From the IMG/VR virus record IMGVR_UViG_3300009161_000038: a stretch of DNA of 64,000 nt. The stretch is one strand, 5' to 3'. Positions within the stretch are counted from its first letter, which is position 1, and each line of letters begins with the position of its first letter. The notes under the pieces are model-generated. The model saw nothing but the letters and a program-made list of their open reading frames with translations. It had not been told where the DNA came from and made no database searches. Source of the DNA: an uncultured virus (IMG/VR IMGVR_UViG_3300009161_000038). Its lineage: Duplodnaviria; Heunggongvirae; Uroviricota; Caudoviricetes. The position numbers and the translations under genes were made by a program. This document shows, piece after piece, positions 16,027-24,737 of the stretch.

Positions 16027-17343
16027 ATGGCAGCAGGTAAGAAATTCGGTAAAAAGGCACAGGCATCAAATGACTTTTTGGAGCCAAAAGCACCAACGTC
16101 AGTAGCCGCAACAGATGTAGGTTCAGGTCGTGCATTCAATAATGGACGTGCTGATGTAACGTTTTCTTTACCAGAAGACTCACCTGCAGCCACATCATAC
16201 ACAGTAACATCCTCTCCAGGATCATACACTGCGTCAGGAGCATCATCTCCCCTGTCTGTAACTGGTCTACAATCAAATACAGCATACACATTTACAGTTA
16301 TAGCAACAAATGCAGTTGGAAACTCGCCAGCATCTGCTGCGTCTAATAGCATTACTGCAACAACAGTGCCTGATACAATTTCAACTCCGTCAGCAGCAAA
16401 CAATGGAGCACAAAACAATAGAGCTTCCTGGTCAACACCAGCAGACGGTGGATCAGCAATTATTGATTATTATTTAGAAGATAATGGTGGAGGCGGAGAC
16501 GACAATAAGACCGTAGCAGTTGGAACAAACAGCGTAGATTTTGCAAGCCAAAACAATGACTTTGTTTGGAACTTTAGAGTGCGGGCTAGAAATGCTAATG
16601 GAAATGGAGCATGGTCTAATTATTCAGGAAATATTACTACAACCCCATTCAGCTTTGCACCGTTCGGCTTTACCCCGTTCGGCTTCACCCCGTTCGGCTT
16701 CACCCCGTTCGGCTTCACCCCGTTCGGCTTTACACCAGGAAAATCAATTGGAGCAGATACATTAATTCATTCAAAGGTTCCTGAAGGTCTTGTGTTAGCT
16801 CACAACGTTTCTGCAGGAGATATTCTGTACTCAGCAGCAATTGATGATTTGCCAATGGACGGAGTAGGACTAGAAGAAATTATTGAATCTTGGTCATCTG
16901 CTGCCCCACAAATTAATACTGATATTGAAACAACAGTGGTGTCTATTTCAGCAAACATTGCAATGACCACTTATGTAATTAACGGAAATAAATATACAAA
17001 TACACACTGGGTTCTAACCAAAAGAGATGGAATAGCAAGATTTATTTCAGCTAATGAAATTGTAGAAACAGATTTAATCTACTCTCCAACATTCAATGAT
17101 TGGCAGCCAATTATTGAGCTAAGAGTTTCAGAGGGACCAGAGTTAGTTATTACTATTAACACAGAGCCTTATGACGTATTCTTTACAGACAACTCTTTAG
17201 TCCACGACTCAGTTAGACTAGACATAACATCACCTAACGTTATTACTGAGCCAAACCAAAGCGTTTCTGAATCTCTAGAGGTACTTTACCAGCAATGGAA
17301 AGACTCTACAGCAGGAGACACCGACCCTACAACCCCTGCCTAA
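16027..17343 (+). CDS. FN3 x2 - (PFGFT)5 repeat - Hint domain protein
   Basis: FN3 signatures (GLQSNTAYTFTVIATNAVG, NFRVRARNANGNG), pentapeptide repeat, then Hint blocks SIGADTLI / YTNTH / SLVHDS. Confidence 0.8.
   Translation: MAAGKKFGKKAQASNDFLEPKAPTSVAATDVGSGRAFNNGRADVTFSLPEDSPAATSYTVTSSPGSYTASGASSPLSVTGLQSNTAYTFTVIATNAVGNSPASAASNSITATTVPDTISTPSAANNGAQNNRASWSTPADGGSAIIDYYLEDNGGGGDDNKTVAVGTNSVDFASQNNDFVWNFRVRARNANGNGAWSNYSGNITTTPFSFAPFGFTPFGFTPFGFTPFGFTPFGFTPGKSIGADTLIHSKVPEGLVLAHNVSAGDILYSAAIDDLPMDGVGLEEIIESWSSAAPQINTDIETTVVSISANIAMTTYVINGNKYTNTHWVLTKRDGIARFISANEIVETDLIYSPTFNDWQPIIELRVSEGPELVITINTEPYDVFFTDNSLVHDSVRLDITSPNVITEPNQSVSESLEVLYQQWKDSTAGDTDPTTPA
16645..16734 (+). repeat. 15-bp tandem repeat encoding PFSFA(PFGFT)5
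   Basis: Five units CCGTTCGGCTTYACM at 16660-16734 plus a degenerate unit at 16645-16659. Confidence 0.95.
16744..17208 (+). other. Hint (intein/hedgehog-type) domain, 155 aa, no endonuclease
   Basis: Ser1 (SIGADTLI), AHNVSAGD, block B TxxH (TNTH), VITINTEPYDVFF, terminal LVHD then Ser. Confidence 0.75.
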
Positions 17344-17348
17344 TAAGC

Positions 17349-17990
17349 ATGCTTAATTTAGTTAAGCATATTTACAATATGGGATTTGTTGGTGCAAAAT
17401 CAACAAAAGGTTTTATTTTTCCAATATTTAGAAAATACCCTAAGTATATAAAAGGTTCTTGGATTCAATGGACTTTAATGCAAGACGTAAATGGAAACAA
17501 AGGCATAGAATGCCTTTACCTTAATGATAAAAATCCTTCTGGAACATTAATATTTTCTAATTTTATAAATAACGAATATCCTACTTCATGGATAGACATT
17601 TCAAACATACAAAATGATAATATAAAAAAATGTAAAGATGCTGTGATAAATAGAGTTTACTGCCAGCCTTATTATAGAAGAAAAAAAATAAATATTTCAT
17701 TGGCCATATTGGGATATACTGTTTGGTGGGCAAAGTATAATGTTAGAGTTAGACAAGGTGTTTCTGCAAGCAAAACTGGATCTGCTATGCATAAACAATC
17801 AGCTAAATTAATATTAGCTTTAAGGTTTAAAAGATCAAAAAATAAAAAAAATGAAAATATAATTTTGGGAGAATCAAAAGAAATTATTACAGAGCCAGAC
17901 TTAGAGCACTTTAAAGATCCTATTTTACCAGCAACTTGGCATTCTCTCAGACCTTACGAAAAAAACCCAAATGAAATTTTAGAGAAATAA
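17349..17990 (+). CDS. Hypothetical protein, possible GNAT-like fold
   Basis: INRVYCQPYYRRKKI resembles GNAT motif A. ATG 17349 preferred over 17295, which overlaps the upstream gene. Confidence 0.5.
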   Translation: MLNLVKHIYNMGFVGAKSTKGFIFPIFRKYPKYIKGSWIQWTLMQDVNGNKGIECLYLNDKNPSGTLIFSNFINNEYPTSWIDISNIQNDNIKKCKDAVINRVYCQPYYRRKKINISLAILGYTVWWAKYNVRVRQGVSASKTGSAMHKQSAKLILALRFKRSKNKKNENIILGESKEIITEPDLEHFKDPILPATWHSLRPYEKNPNEILEK

Positions 17991-17995
17991 AAATT

Positions 17996-18556
17996 ATGAT
18001 AACAAAACTAGAAAACATTAGAAACGAATTCTTATATAAACAATATAAAGATATGATTGACTCAATGTATGAAGAAGTAGGTTCTGCAAAATGGGGAGTC
18101 AGAACAAAAATTAAAACAAAAAAAATTTCTTTAATTGATTATAAAACTTTTAATTTTTTTGGAATGTACCATAAAGAAATATACAAATTATATTTAGAAA
18201 TATCTAAAATTATTAAAGAAGAGTGCAAAAAAAACAAAATAAACTTTGAAAATAATTATTACTATTTATTAGGAAATTTACTAGATCAATCTGTCAACAA
18301 TTTTTTGGTGACAACTCCAGATAGAACAAGGTTAAATTTTTCTGGGATATATGTAATTAAAAGCAATAACAATAAAATGATAATTAATGAAAAAGAAATA
18401 GATACGCCAGAAGGTACCTTAATTCTATTTGATAAAGGAGATATAATAGATTTTTGTGATACAATAAATAAAGATAGTATGTTTTTATATTTTTCTGTAT
18501 CTACATTACAAAATTTGCACAGACAATACTATCAGAAATGGATTCCATTAGTTTGA
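17996..18556 (+). CDS. Degenerate 2OG-Fe(II) oxygenase-like protein
   Basis: Shares FNFF..YH.EIYKLY.E.S..IKE.C and QxWIPL with 20698..21348. No visible HxD/H ligands. Confidence 0.55.
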   Translation: MITKLENIRNEFLYKQYKDMIDSMYEEVGSAKWGVRTKIKTKKISLIDYKTFNFFGMYHKEIYKLYLEISKIIKEECKKNKINFENNYYYLLGNLLDQSVNNFLVTTPDRTRLNFSGIYVIKSNNNKMIINEKEIDTPEGTLILFDKGDIIDFCDTINKDSMFLYFSVSTLQNLHRQYYQKWIPLV

Positions 18557-19269
18557 TAAAGATTGAATTTCTTCCAAAGTATAGAGGACTTGAAAAAATA
18601 TTCCCAAATCCTCAATCGGTATCTTCATTGCTTCCAGAGTGGTGGAAAAAACAAAAAAGCTATTTAAATGATGATACATCTGTTCATAGCGGAAATATGC
18701 TTTTAACAGTAAAAAAATGTCAAGCTGTTTTTGATTCTATGACTTTTGGATATTACTTACTTTGCCCTATGGATTTAAGCATAGATGCTACAGGAGATAT
18801 TTTAAAAATTGATATTCCAAATGATACAAGAGAGTTTCAAAAATTTTTATTAGCTCATCATTTATCTGAACAAATAAAAGAATACCCTATTCCTAATAAT
18901 TTTCATAAGCAAGTTATAAGAATACATCCAATGTGGGTTGCCAGAACAGAGCCAGGGTATAGTTGTTTGTTTATAAACCCAATGCACGGAGAAAAAAGCC
19001 CTCTACAAGCTATCCCAGGGTTGATAGACACAGATAAATACGCTTCTGATGGTTATTTGTCTTTTTTTGTAGAAAAAGGATTTAAAGGAGTAATTGAACA
19101 AGGCACTCCAATTATTCAAATTATTCCTTTTAAGAGAGATGATTGGGAAAGCTCGCTTAATAAAGAAAAAGATTCTGATACACAAATTAGAGCCCAGCAA
19201 CTTTCGGTTAGATCAGTTTTTAGAAATGGTTATAGGAAAAAAATGTGGTCAAAAAAGATATTTCGATAA
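18538..19269 (+). CDS. DUF6065-related protein
   Basis: LPEWWK, TVKKCQAVFDSMTFGY, GTPIIQIIPFKRDDW. Paralog of 19945..20697. True start may be TTG 18553. Confidence 0.6.
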   Translation: MDSISLIKIEFLPKYRGLEKIFPNPQSVSSLLPEWWKKQKSYLNDDTSVHSGNMLLTVKKCQAVFDSMTFGYYLLCPMDLSIDATGDILKIDIPNDTREFQKFLLAHHLSEQIKEYPIPNNFHKQVIRIHPMWVARTEPGYSCLFINPMHGEKSPLQAIPGLIDTDKYASDGYLSFFVEKGFKGVIEQGTPIIQIIPFKRDDWESSLNKEKDSDTQIRAQQLSVRSVFRNGYRKKMWSKKIFR

Positions 19270-19952
19270 ATAAAACGTTTCCCATATTAAGGGCACCATT
19301 TGAATCTAATTCTTGGCTAGAGATGTCTTCAATGAGTTTTAAAGATATTTTAAAAGAATGCAACGTTTTTTATGATTGGGCAACCTGGGATCAAGTTTTA
19401 AAAAAATATAAAAATAATGTTTTAAAACCAATAAATTTATATGTAGATAATTTTGGAATCAAACCAGAAATAGAGATAGTTTCTAAAAATGAGATAAATC
19501 TAATATACAAGAATTATTCAGATATTCTTTGGCAAGGACATCCAACAAGCAATAAACAGGTTTCTAGTATATTTTATGCATCTGAAAAATCTATGGTTAG
19601 GCAGTTTTATCCATCATTTTTGTCTATTGAAAGCTTTAAAGACTTGTTAAATAAAAATAATTTTAAACAAGTTTCGGACAGAATTTTTAAGATATATGTA
19701 CCATGGATTGTTGATTGCGATGCAGAGTATAGTATAAAAAATATTAAAAAAGACCCAGTAATATGCATTATTGAGACTAGTGGGACCTTTGAAAAAACTA
19801 ATAATAATGATATAATAAAGGAACCAACTTTTATAGATTTTTGTTTTTTATCTAATGAAAAACAAATAAGGTTAATAGAGAGAAATACTCCACTATTTTA
19901 TATTTCTATAAAAGCTACAGAAAAGGTTATTAAAAAAATTATTAATGAGTGA
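19245..19952 (+). CDS. Hypothetical protein (possibly diverged DUF6065-related)
   Basis: KIYVPW and IERNTPLF echo motifs of the flanking paralogs. Confidence 0.5.
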   Translation: MVKKDISINKTFPILRAPFESNSWLEMSSMSFKDILKECNVFYDWATWDQVLKKYKNNVLKPINLYVDNFGIKPEIEIVSKNEINLIYKNYSDILWQGHPTSNKQVSSIFYASEKSMVRQFYPSFLSIESFKDLLNKNNFKQVSDRIFKIYVPWIVDCDAEYSIKNIKKDPVICIIETSGTFEKTNNNDIIKEPTFIDFCFLSNEKQIRLIERNTPLFYISIKATEKVIKKIINE

Positions 19953-20697
19953 TAATAATTTAATAATTAAATTCACCCCAGCAGAGGTTAATCTTAATTT
20001 TGAACCAAAAGACTATGACGCACCCTCTCCTGCCATAAATAATTTGCCAGAGTGGTATAAAAAGCTTTCCAGATTTCAAACCTCAAATGATTTGCTAAGG
20101 TTGTTTCCAGTAAATGATAGAGGAACAGACGGTAGCGCTGGCTCTACTAAATTATGTATGCCATTTTTTGATTCCTTAACAGCAGGTTATATGTTTTGCC
20201 TAGAAGATGATATTGAGGTAAGTTTAGATAAAAATGGGTTTCCTTCTATTAAAAATACAAATAATTTTATGCTAGTAGATAAAAGAAACATGATAGAAGT
20301 TGCAGTTCCACATGAACACCATCCAATGCATTATGGCTGGAAAATTCCTTGGCATTGCGAAACTCCACCAGGGTATTCTATTTTAATTACACACCCACAC
20401 AATAGACATGATCTTCCATTTACCACTCTTTCTGGAGTTATAGACTCCGATGAATGGAACGCACCAGTATTTACAGCATTTTTTCTAAAAAGAAATTTTA
20501 TGGGAACTATTAAAAAAGGAACGCCTATATTTCAAGTTTTTCCATTTAAAAGAGAAAACTGGGAAATGTCATTGGATTACTCCAAAGAAGACATAGTGGT
20601 AAAAAAAATCAAAGAAGAAAAAAGAAGAATATCAATATATTCATATTATAAAGATTTTATATGGAAAAGAAAAAACTACACAAGAAAAGAGAAATAA
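19945..20697 (+). CDS. DUF6065-related protein
   Basis: LPEWYK, TKLCMPFFDSLTAGY, TPPGYS, GTPIFQVFPFKRENW. Confidence 0.6.
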   Translation: MSDNNLIIKFTPAEVNLNFEPKDYDAPSPAINNLPEWYKKLSRFQTSNDLLRLFPVNDRGTDGSAGSTKLCMPFFDSLTAGYMFCLEDDIEVSLDKNGFPSIKNTNNFMLVDKRNMIEVAVPHEHHPMHYGWKIPWHCETPPGYSILITHPHNRHDLPFTTLSGVIDSDEWNAPVFTAFFLKRNFMGTIKKGTPIFQVFPFKRENWEMSLDYSKEDIVVKKIKEEKRRISIYSYYKDFIWKRKNYTRKEK

Positions 20698-21348
20698 ATG
20701 GAATACTTCCTATCTGGAAAAAATAAACCTAGCGGAAAACCTCACAAGTTTTTTGAAAGGATTTTAGATAATGATTTACAAGATTTGTCTTTATTTTTAC
20801 AAGATCAATATTCTAAAATTGAAAATTTAAGCATTAAAGGTATTACAGAAGTGGGCAAGTCAGACTATTGGAAAGAGTCTGGTAGTGTTTCTACTATAAA
20901 ATGGAGAGACTACAATGTTTTTCAATTTTATCATCCAGGAATTTACAAACTGTATAAAGAGCTTTCTGATGTAATAAAAGAAGCTTGTTCTTATTATGAT
21001 ATTGATTTTGATAAACAGCAATACATGGTGCAAGGATGGTTTAACATAAATTATGCAGAAGTTGGAAAACTAGATTGGCACGATCATGGAGGTCCTTATG
21101 CTCCTTATTTTCACGGATTTTATTGCGTAAAAGCAGAACCATCAATTACTTATTACAAAGTTTTTGAAAAAGAAACTGAAAATCACAATATAGATAACAG
21201 AATGATTGTTTCAGAAATGGGTCACCCTCATGCTATGGGAAGTTGGGACTGGGAAGGACCAAGAATTACAATTGCTTATGATATTATGCCATTAAATTCT
21301 ATCATTGAGGCAAAAGCAAGTCCTCAGCATTGGATACCACTTCTATGA
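20698..21348 (+). CDS. Putative 2OG-Fe(II) oxygenase
   Basis: WFNIN, WHDH, FHGFYCV, HPH, RITIAYD. Confidence 0.75.
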   Translation: MEYFLSGKNKPSGKPHKFFERILDNDLQDLSLFLQDQYSKIENLSIKGITEVGKSDYWKESGSVSTIKWRDYNVFQFYHPGIYKLYKELSDVIKEACSYYDIDFDKQQYMVQGWFNINYAEVGKLDWHDHGGPYAPYFHGFYCVKAEPSITYYKVFEKETENHNIDNRMIVSEMGHPHAMGSWDWEGPRITIAYDIMPLNSIIEAKASPQHWIPLL

Positions 21349-22010
21349 AAGAAAAAAAAGATCATAAATTTTTTGAAAGAACTTTAGATAATAATTTAGA
21401 AAATCTTTATAGTTTTTTGTTAGAAAAAAATAATGAATTAGTTGAACAGGCAAGGAAAGAAATGGGAGAAGGCTTAAATAAAGCCCTAGCTCAAGACCCA
21501 GGAATTCTGGATGCTATTGCTACAAAAAATAGTGACAGGTATAATATTTGGGAATTTGACAACCCAGAAATAAAAAAGTTAAAAGAAGCTATTGCTGACA
21601 TGACAAGAGAAGCTTGCGAGTACTATGGCTATAACGACAATTCGTCAAAATTTATTACCCATGGTTGGTTTAATTTAGATAAAAAAATAATTAACAACGT
21701 CCATTCGGTAGACCCAAGAAAAGACAGTTCGTTTTTCCACGACCATATGGACGGTTCAGGATTTCCACAGCTACATGGATTCTACTGCGTAAAAGCAGAA
21801 CCTTCGATTACTTATTATAAAATCAACAATAAAGATATTTTTGAAAATATTAATAAAAACAATAGAGCTATTTTATCAGAAACTGGCAACCCACATGGCA
21901 GAGACGACTGGTACGGGGATGAGCCAAGAATGACAATTGCCTATGATATTATATTAGTTCCAAAGGGACCAATGAATGAAGATAGTATTTTTACGGATCT
22001 GTTTGAATGA
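21345..22010 (+). CDS. Putative 2OG-Fe(II) oxygenase (paralog of upstream gene)
   Basis: HKFFER.LDN.L, FHDH, HGFYCVKAEPSITYYK, RMTIAYD. ATGA-coupled start at 21345. Confidence 0.75.
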   Translation: MKEKKDHKFFERTLDNNLENLYSFLLEKNNELVEQARKEMGEGLNKALAQDPGILDAIATKNSDRYNIWEFDNPEIKKLKEAIADMTREACEYYGYNDNSSKFITHGWFNLDKKIINNVHSVDPRKDSSFFHDHMDGSGFPQLHGFYCVKAEPSITYYKINNKDIFENINKNNRAILSETGNPHGRDDWYGDEPRMTIAYDIILVPKGPMNEDSIFTDLFE

Positions 22011-22828
22011 AAGATATTGGCATAGTTTTGTATTCTTTTCAAAATAAAGATTTAATAGAATTAGTTGAAAAAAATATAGAAAATTCCAGTGGATTAAACA
22101 ATTTATTTTTTTATATAATTGATCAAAACAATATTGATAGAAAAAAAAGTTTAAAGTCTAACTATTCAAATGTAAAAATTTATTACAAATATGTAAAATG
22201 GGATAGCATTAAAAGCCCAATTTTGCATAAACAAGAAGGGTATAGACTTTTCAAAAAAGAATACTTTTTGCTAATTGGAGATGGGGTAAGCCTAAATAAA
22301 AATTGGGACGAAGATCTAGTTCAAAAAATAGAACTACTCAGCCTCAATGAAGATTGTATAATTTCTGGAAATCACAGACTTATACCATATTTAGAAAACC
22401 CATTTATTGTTTCATATAAAAAAGAGCCTATCTCTGAAGACACATTGACAAAATATATAGATAAAGATTTTATTTTTACAAAATCTAAGTCTTTTTTATA
22501 TAACAAATTGCCAGGTTATTTAAAATATCATGGAGAAAGAGAACATTTAGCTATATATTTTAATTTTACAAAAATCTTTGCCCTTCCTACAACTTTTTTT
22601 AAAAATAAAACAATTGAGTTAGATAAGGTCGAATATTTGCCTTTTTCTATATATCACGGGTATAATGAGTTTGTGAGTAAATGGAGTTCCAGCATTAAAC
22701 AGGTGTTTGGATTAGAAATATCAAGTCTACCATTTTCAACAAACGATGTTTTGTATGATCCTTCTGGTTCATTAACAGACAAAGTTGGCGGAGAAAGATA
22801 TTTAAACTTTAAAGGAGTAATAAATTGA
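22007..22828 (+). CDS. Glycosyltransferase-like protein (GT-A fold)
   Basis: FYIIDQ, EYFLLIGDGVSLNKNWDEDLV, YHGERE pattern. DxD-type motif degenerate. Confidence 0.55.
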   Translation: MKDIGIVLYSFQNKDLIELVEKNIENSSGLNNLFFYIIDQNNIDRKKSLKSNYSNVKIYYKYVKWDSIKSPILHKQEGYRLFKKEYFLLIGDGVSLNKNWDEDLVQKIELLSLNEDCIISGNHRLIPYLENPFIVSYKKEPISEDTLTKYIDKDFIFTKSKSFLYNKLPGYLKYHGEREHLAIYFNFTKIFALPTTFFKNKTIELDKVEYLPFSIYHGYNEFVSKWSSSIKQVFGLEISSLPFSTNDVLYDPSGSLTDKVGGERYLNFKGVIN

Positions 22829-23373
22829 ACAGCATGATAAAAATTGTAGAAGATTTTATATCAGAACAAGATGCATTTGCCCTGATAGAAGAGATGCAAT
22901 CTCCTTCAAAAAGAAACCCGTACCCAGAGTATTATAAAGATAGAAATGGTGGAACTGCTTTTCCATACAATAATAGAGTAATGGATATTCTTAAAAAATA
23001 TTCAGTAAGAGCAAACCATATACAAAAAGAATTTTTTAATTTAAAAGATAATGTAATTGTTACCAAGGCTTTTGGATCATGGTGGCAACCAGGGCAAAGT
23101 GGAAGTCCTCATATTGATGCAATTGAAAAAGAACCATTTATAGAATACAGCACTGTAATTTACTTAAACGATGATTATGAAGGTGGAGAAATCTATTTTC
23201 CTAAACAAAATTTTGAGCACAGACCAAAATCCCTATCAGCTATTTTTTTCCCAGGAAATAAATATGATTATCTGCACGGAGTAAAAGAAATAACTAAAGG
23301 AAATAGATTTACTGCGCTTTACATGCAATCCACAAAGATGGACTTTGCCGACCCAGATTTTGGAGTATTTTAA
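22825..23373 (+). CDS. Prolyl 4-hydroxylase-like 2OG-Fe(II) oxygenase
   Basis: HID, YLNDDYEGGEIYF, HGV, GNRFT. Confidence 0.88.
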   Translation: MNSMIKIVEDFISEQDAFALIEEMQSPSKRNPYPEYYKDRNGGTAFPYNNRVMDILKKYSVRANHIQKEFFNLKDNVIVTKAFGSWWQPGQSGSPHIDAIEKEPFIEYSTVIYLNDDYEGGEIYFPKQNFEHRPKSLSAIFFPGNKYDYLHGVKEITKGNRFTALYMQSTKMDFADPDFGVF

Positions 23374-24026
23374 TGAATAGAGAAATTCTTTCCCTAGGAA
23401 TGGCTTATTATAAAAATATAATACCAGACCCTAAGTCTCTAATTAAAAAAATTGAAGATTTAGAAATAAAAAGAAGTGAGTCTGTTGGATACAATTCTCT
23501 TTATGTAAGAGGCTGGCAACCCTGGGATTACGATCACGGCGGAAAAGAAAAAACTGTTTTTTGTTGGCAAAAGTTTATCCCAAAATCTGAAGATATTTCA
23601 AAAGATGATCTATTTTATCAAGAACAAAAAGAAATATCAGATGTTTTATTTGGGGCATTAGAAAAAGGATTGCAAGACTATTTTTCTATTTATCCATACT
23701 CTCAAAAAAATATTAAATCAAGAGAAAAAACAATGCATCTTTTAAAGTATAAGGAATCTGGCTTTTTGCCAGCACATTCTGACCACGGAATTAGCAGCAG
23801 AGTTTTATCAGCACTTCTTTATTTAAACGATGATTACGAAGGAGGAAATATTAAATTTGAACATGCAGGTGTAAGTTTAAAACCAGAAGCAGGAAGTTTA
23901 TTGTTCTTCCCTTCTAATTACATATACGTCCACGAAGTATCGGCAATAACTTCTGGAATTAGATACGCTCTTCCAAATTGGTATCACAATAGATCTAAGC
24001 CATACTATTCGGATGGCACAGAATGA
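23373..24026 (+). CDS. Prolyl 4-hydroxylase-like 2OG-Fe(II) oxygenase
   Basis: HSD, YLNDDYEGG, FPSNY.YVHEV, GIRY. Confidence 0.88.
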   Translation: MNREILSLGMAYYKNIIPDPKSLIKKIEDLEIKRSESVGYNSLYVRGWQPWDYDHGGKEKTVFCWQKFIPKSEDISKDDLFYQEQKEISDVLFGALEKGLQDYFSIYPYSQKNIKSREKTMHLLKYKESGFLPAHSDHGISSRVLSALLYLNDDYEGGNIKFEHAGVSLKPEAGSLLFFPSNYIYVHEVSAITSGIRYALPNWYHNRSKPYYSDGTE

Positions 24027-24712
24027 CGGTTTTAGTAGTAGGAGCAGTCAGAGGAATTGGAAATGAAGTTGCCAAAAGGCTAGTCTCTTTAGGGCACGAA
24101 GTTATTGGAGTTGGAAGGCACGTCAGAAACTCTGATAATAGCGATACCTTTGAGTACATACAAACAGATATTGTTGATCAGGAAAAACTAGAAAGTTTAT
24201 TTAAATCAATTAAAGAAAGAAATATTGTTATTTCTGGAATTGTAAACTGTGCTGGTGCTTACTGGCCATCACCCGCTTATGGAGAAATTTTTCCACAAGT
24301 TGAGCAAATGATGAATGTCAACGTTTTAGGTCCCTATAATGTTATATCTAAATTTCTTGCTCTTGTAGACCCAGAGAAACATACTCCAATAGTTAACATA
24401 TCAAGCTTAGCGGCGCATCAAATAAATTCAGAGTCTATGTATTCAGCATCAAAAGCAGCTTTAGAAACATACACAAGGTCTTTAGCTAAACAAGTATGCG
24501 GTACTAAAATTAGGCCAAACTGTATAGCCCCAGGACCAATAAGAACTAGATTTACAAAATTTATGCCAGAAATTTATTTTCAAACTTTATTACTAGGTCA
24601 AGTTGTTCCGAAAGAGTATACTGTAACCGATATAGCAAATCTAGTAGAGTTACTTTTTGACGAAAAGTCTTCCAGCTTGTCGGGCCAGGTCTTTCACGTG
24701 GGCGGATATTAA
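24023..24712 (+). CDS. Short-chain dehydrogenase/reductase (FabG-like)
   Basis: GAVRGIG, VNCAG, NISS, YSASK, PGPIRT. Confidence 0.9.
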   Translation: MTVLVVGAVRGIGNEVAKRLVSLGHEVIGVGRHVRNSDNSDTFEYIQTDIVDQEKLESLFKSIKERNIVISGIVNCAGAYWPSPAYGEIFPQVEQMMNVNVLGPYNVISKFLALVDPEKHTPIVNISSLAAHQINSESMYSASKAALETYTRSLAKQVCGTKIRPNCIAPGPIRTRFTKFMPEIYFQTLLLGQVVPKEYTVTDIANLVELLFDEKSSSLSGQVFHVGGY

Positions 24713-24737
24713 AATTCCTTGATGGTACAATTTAATC

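Noticed and set aside
16660..16734. 15-bp repeat as a CRISPR array or DGR element
   Set aside because: No spacers, the units are in-frame coding, and there is no cas gene, reverse transcriptase or template/variable repeat pair in the window.
16541..16765. Alternate-frame ORF with RSASP repeats
   Set aside because: By-product of the 15-bp repeat. TTG start with no RBS; the main frame joins FN3 and Hint coherently.
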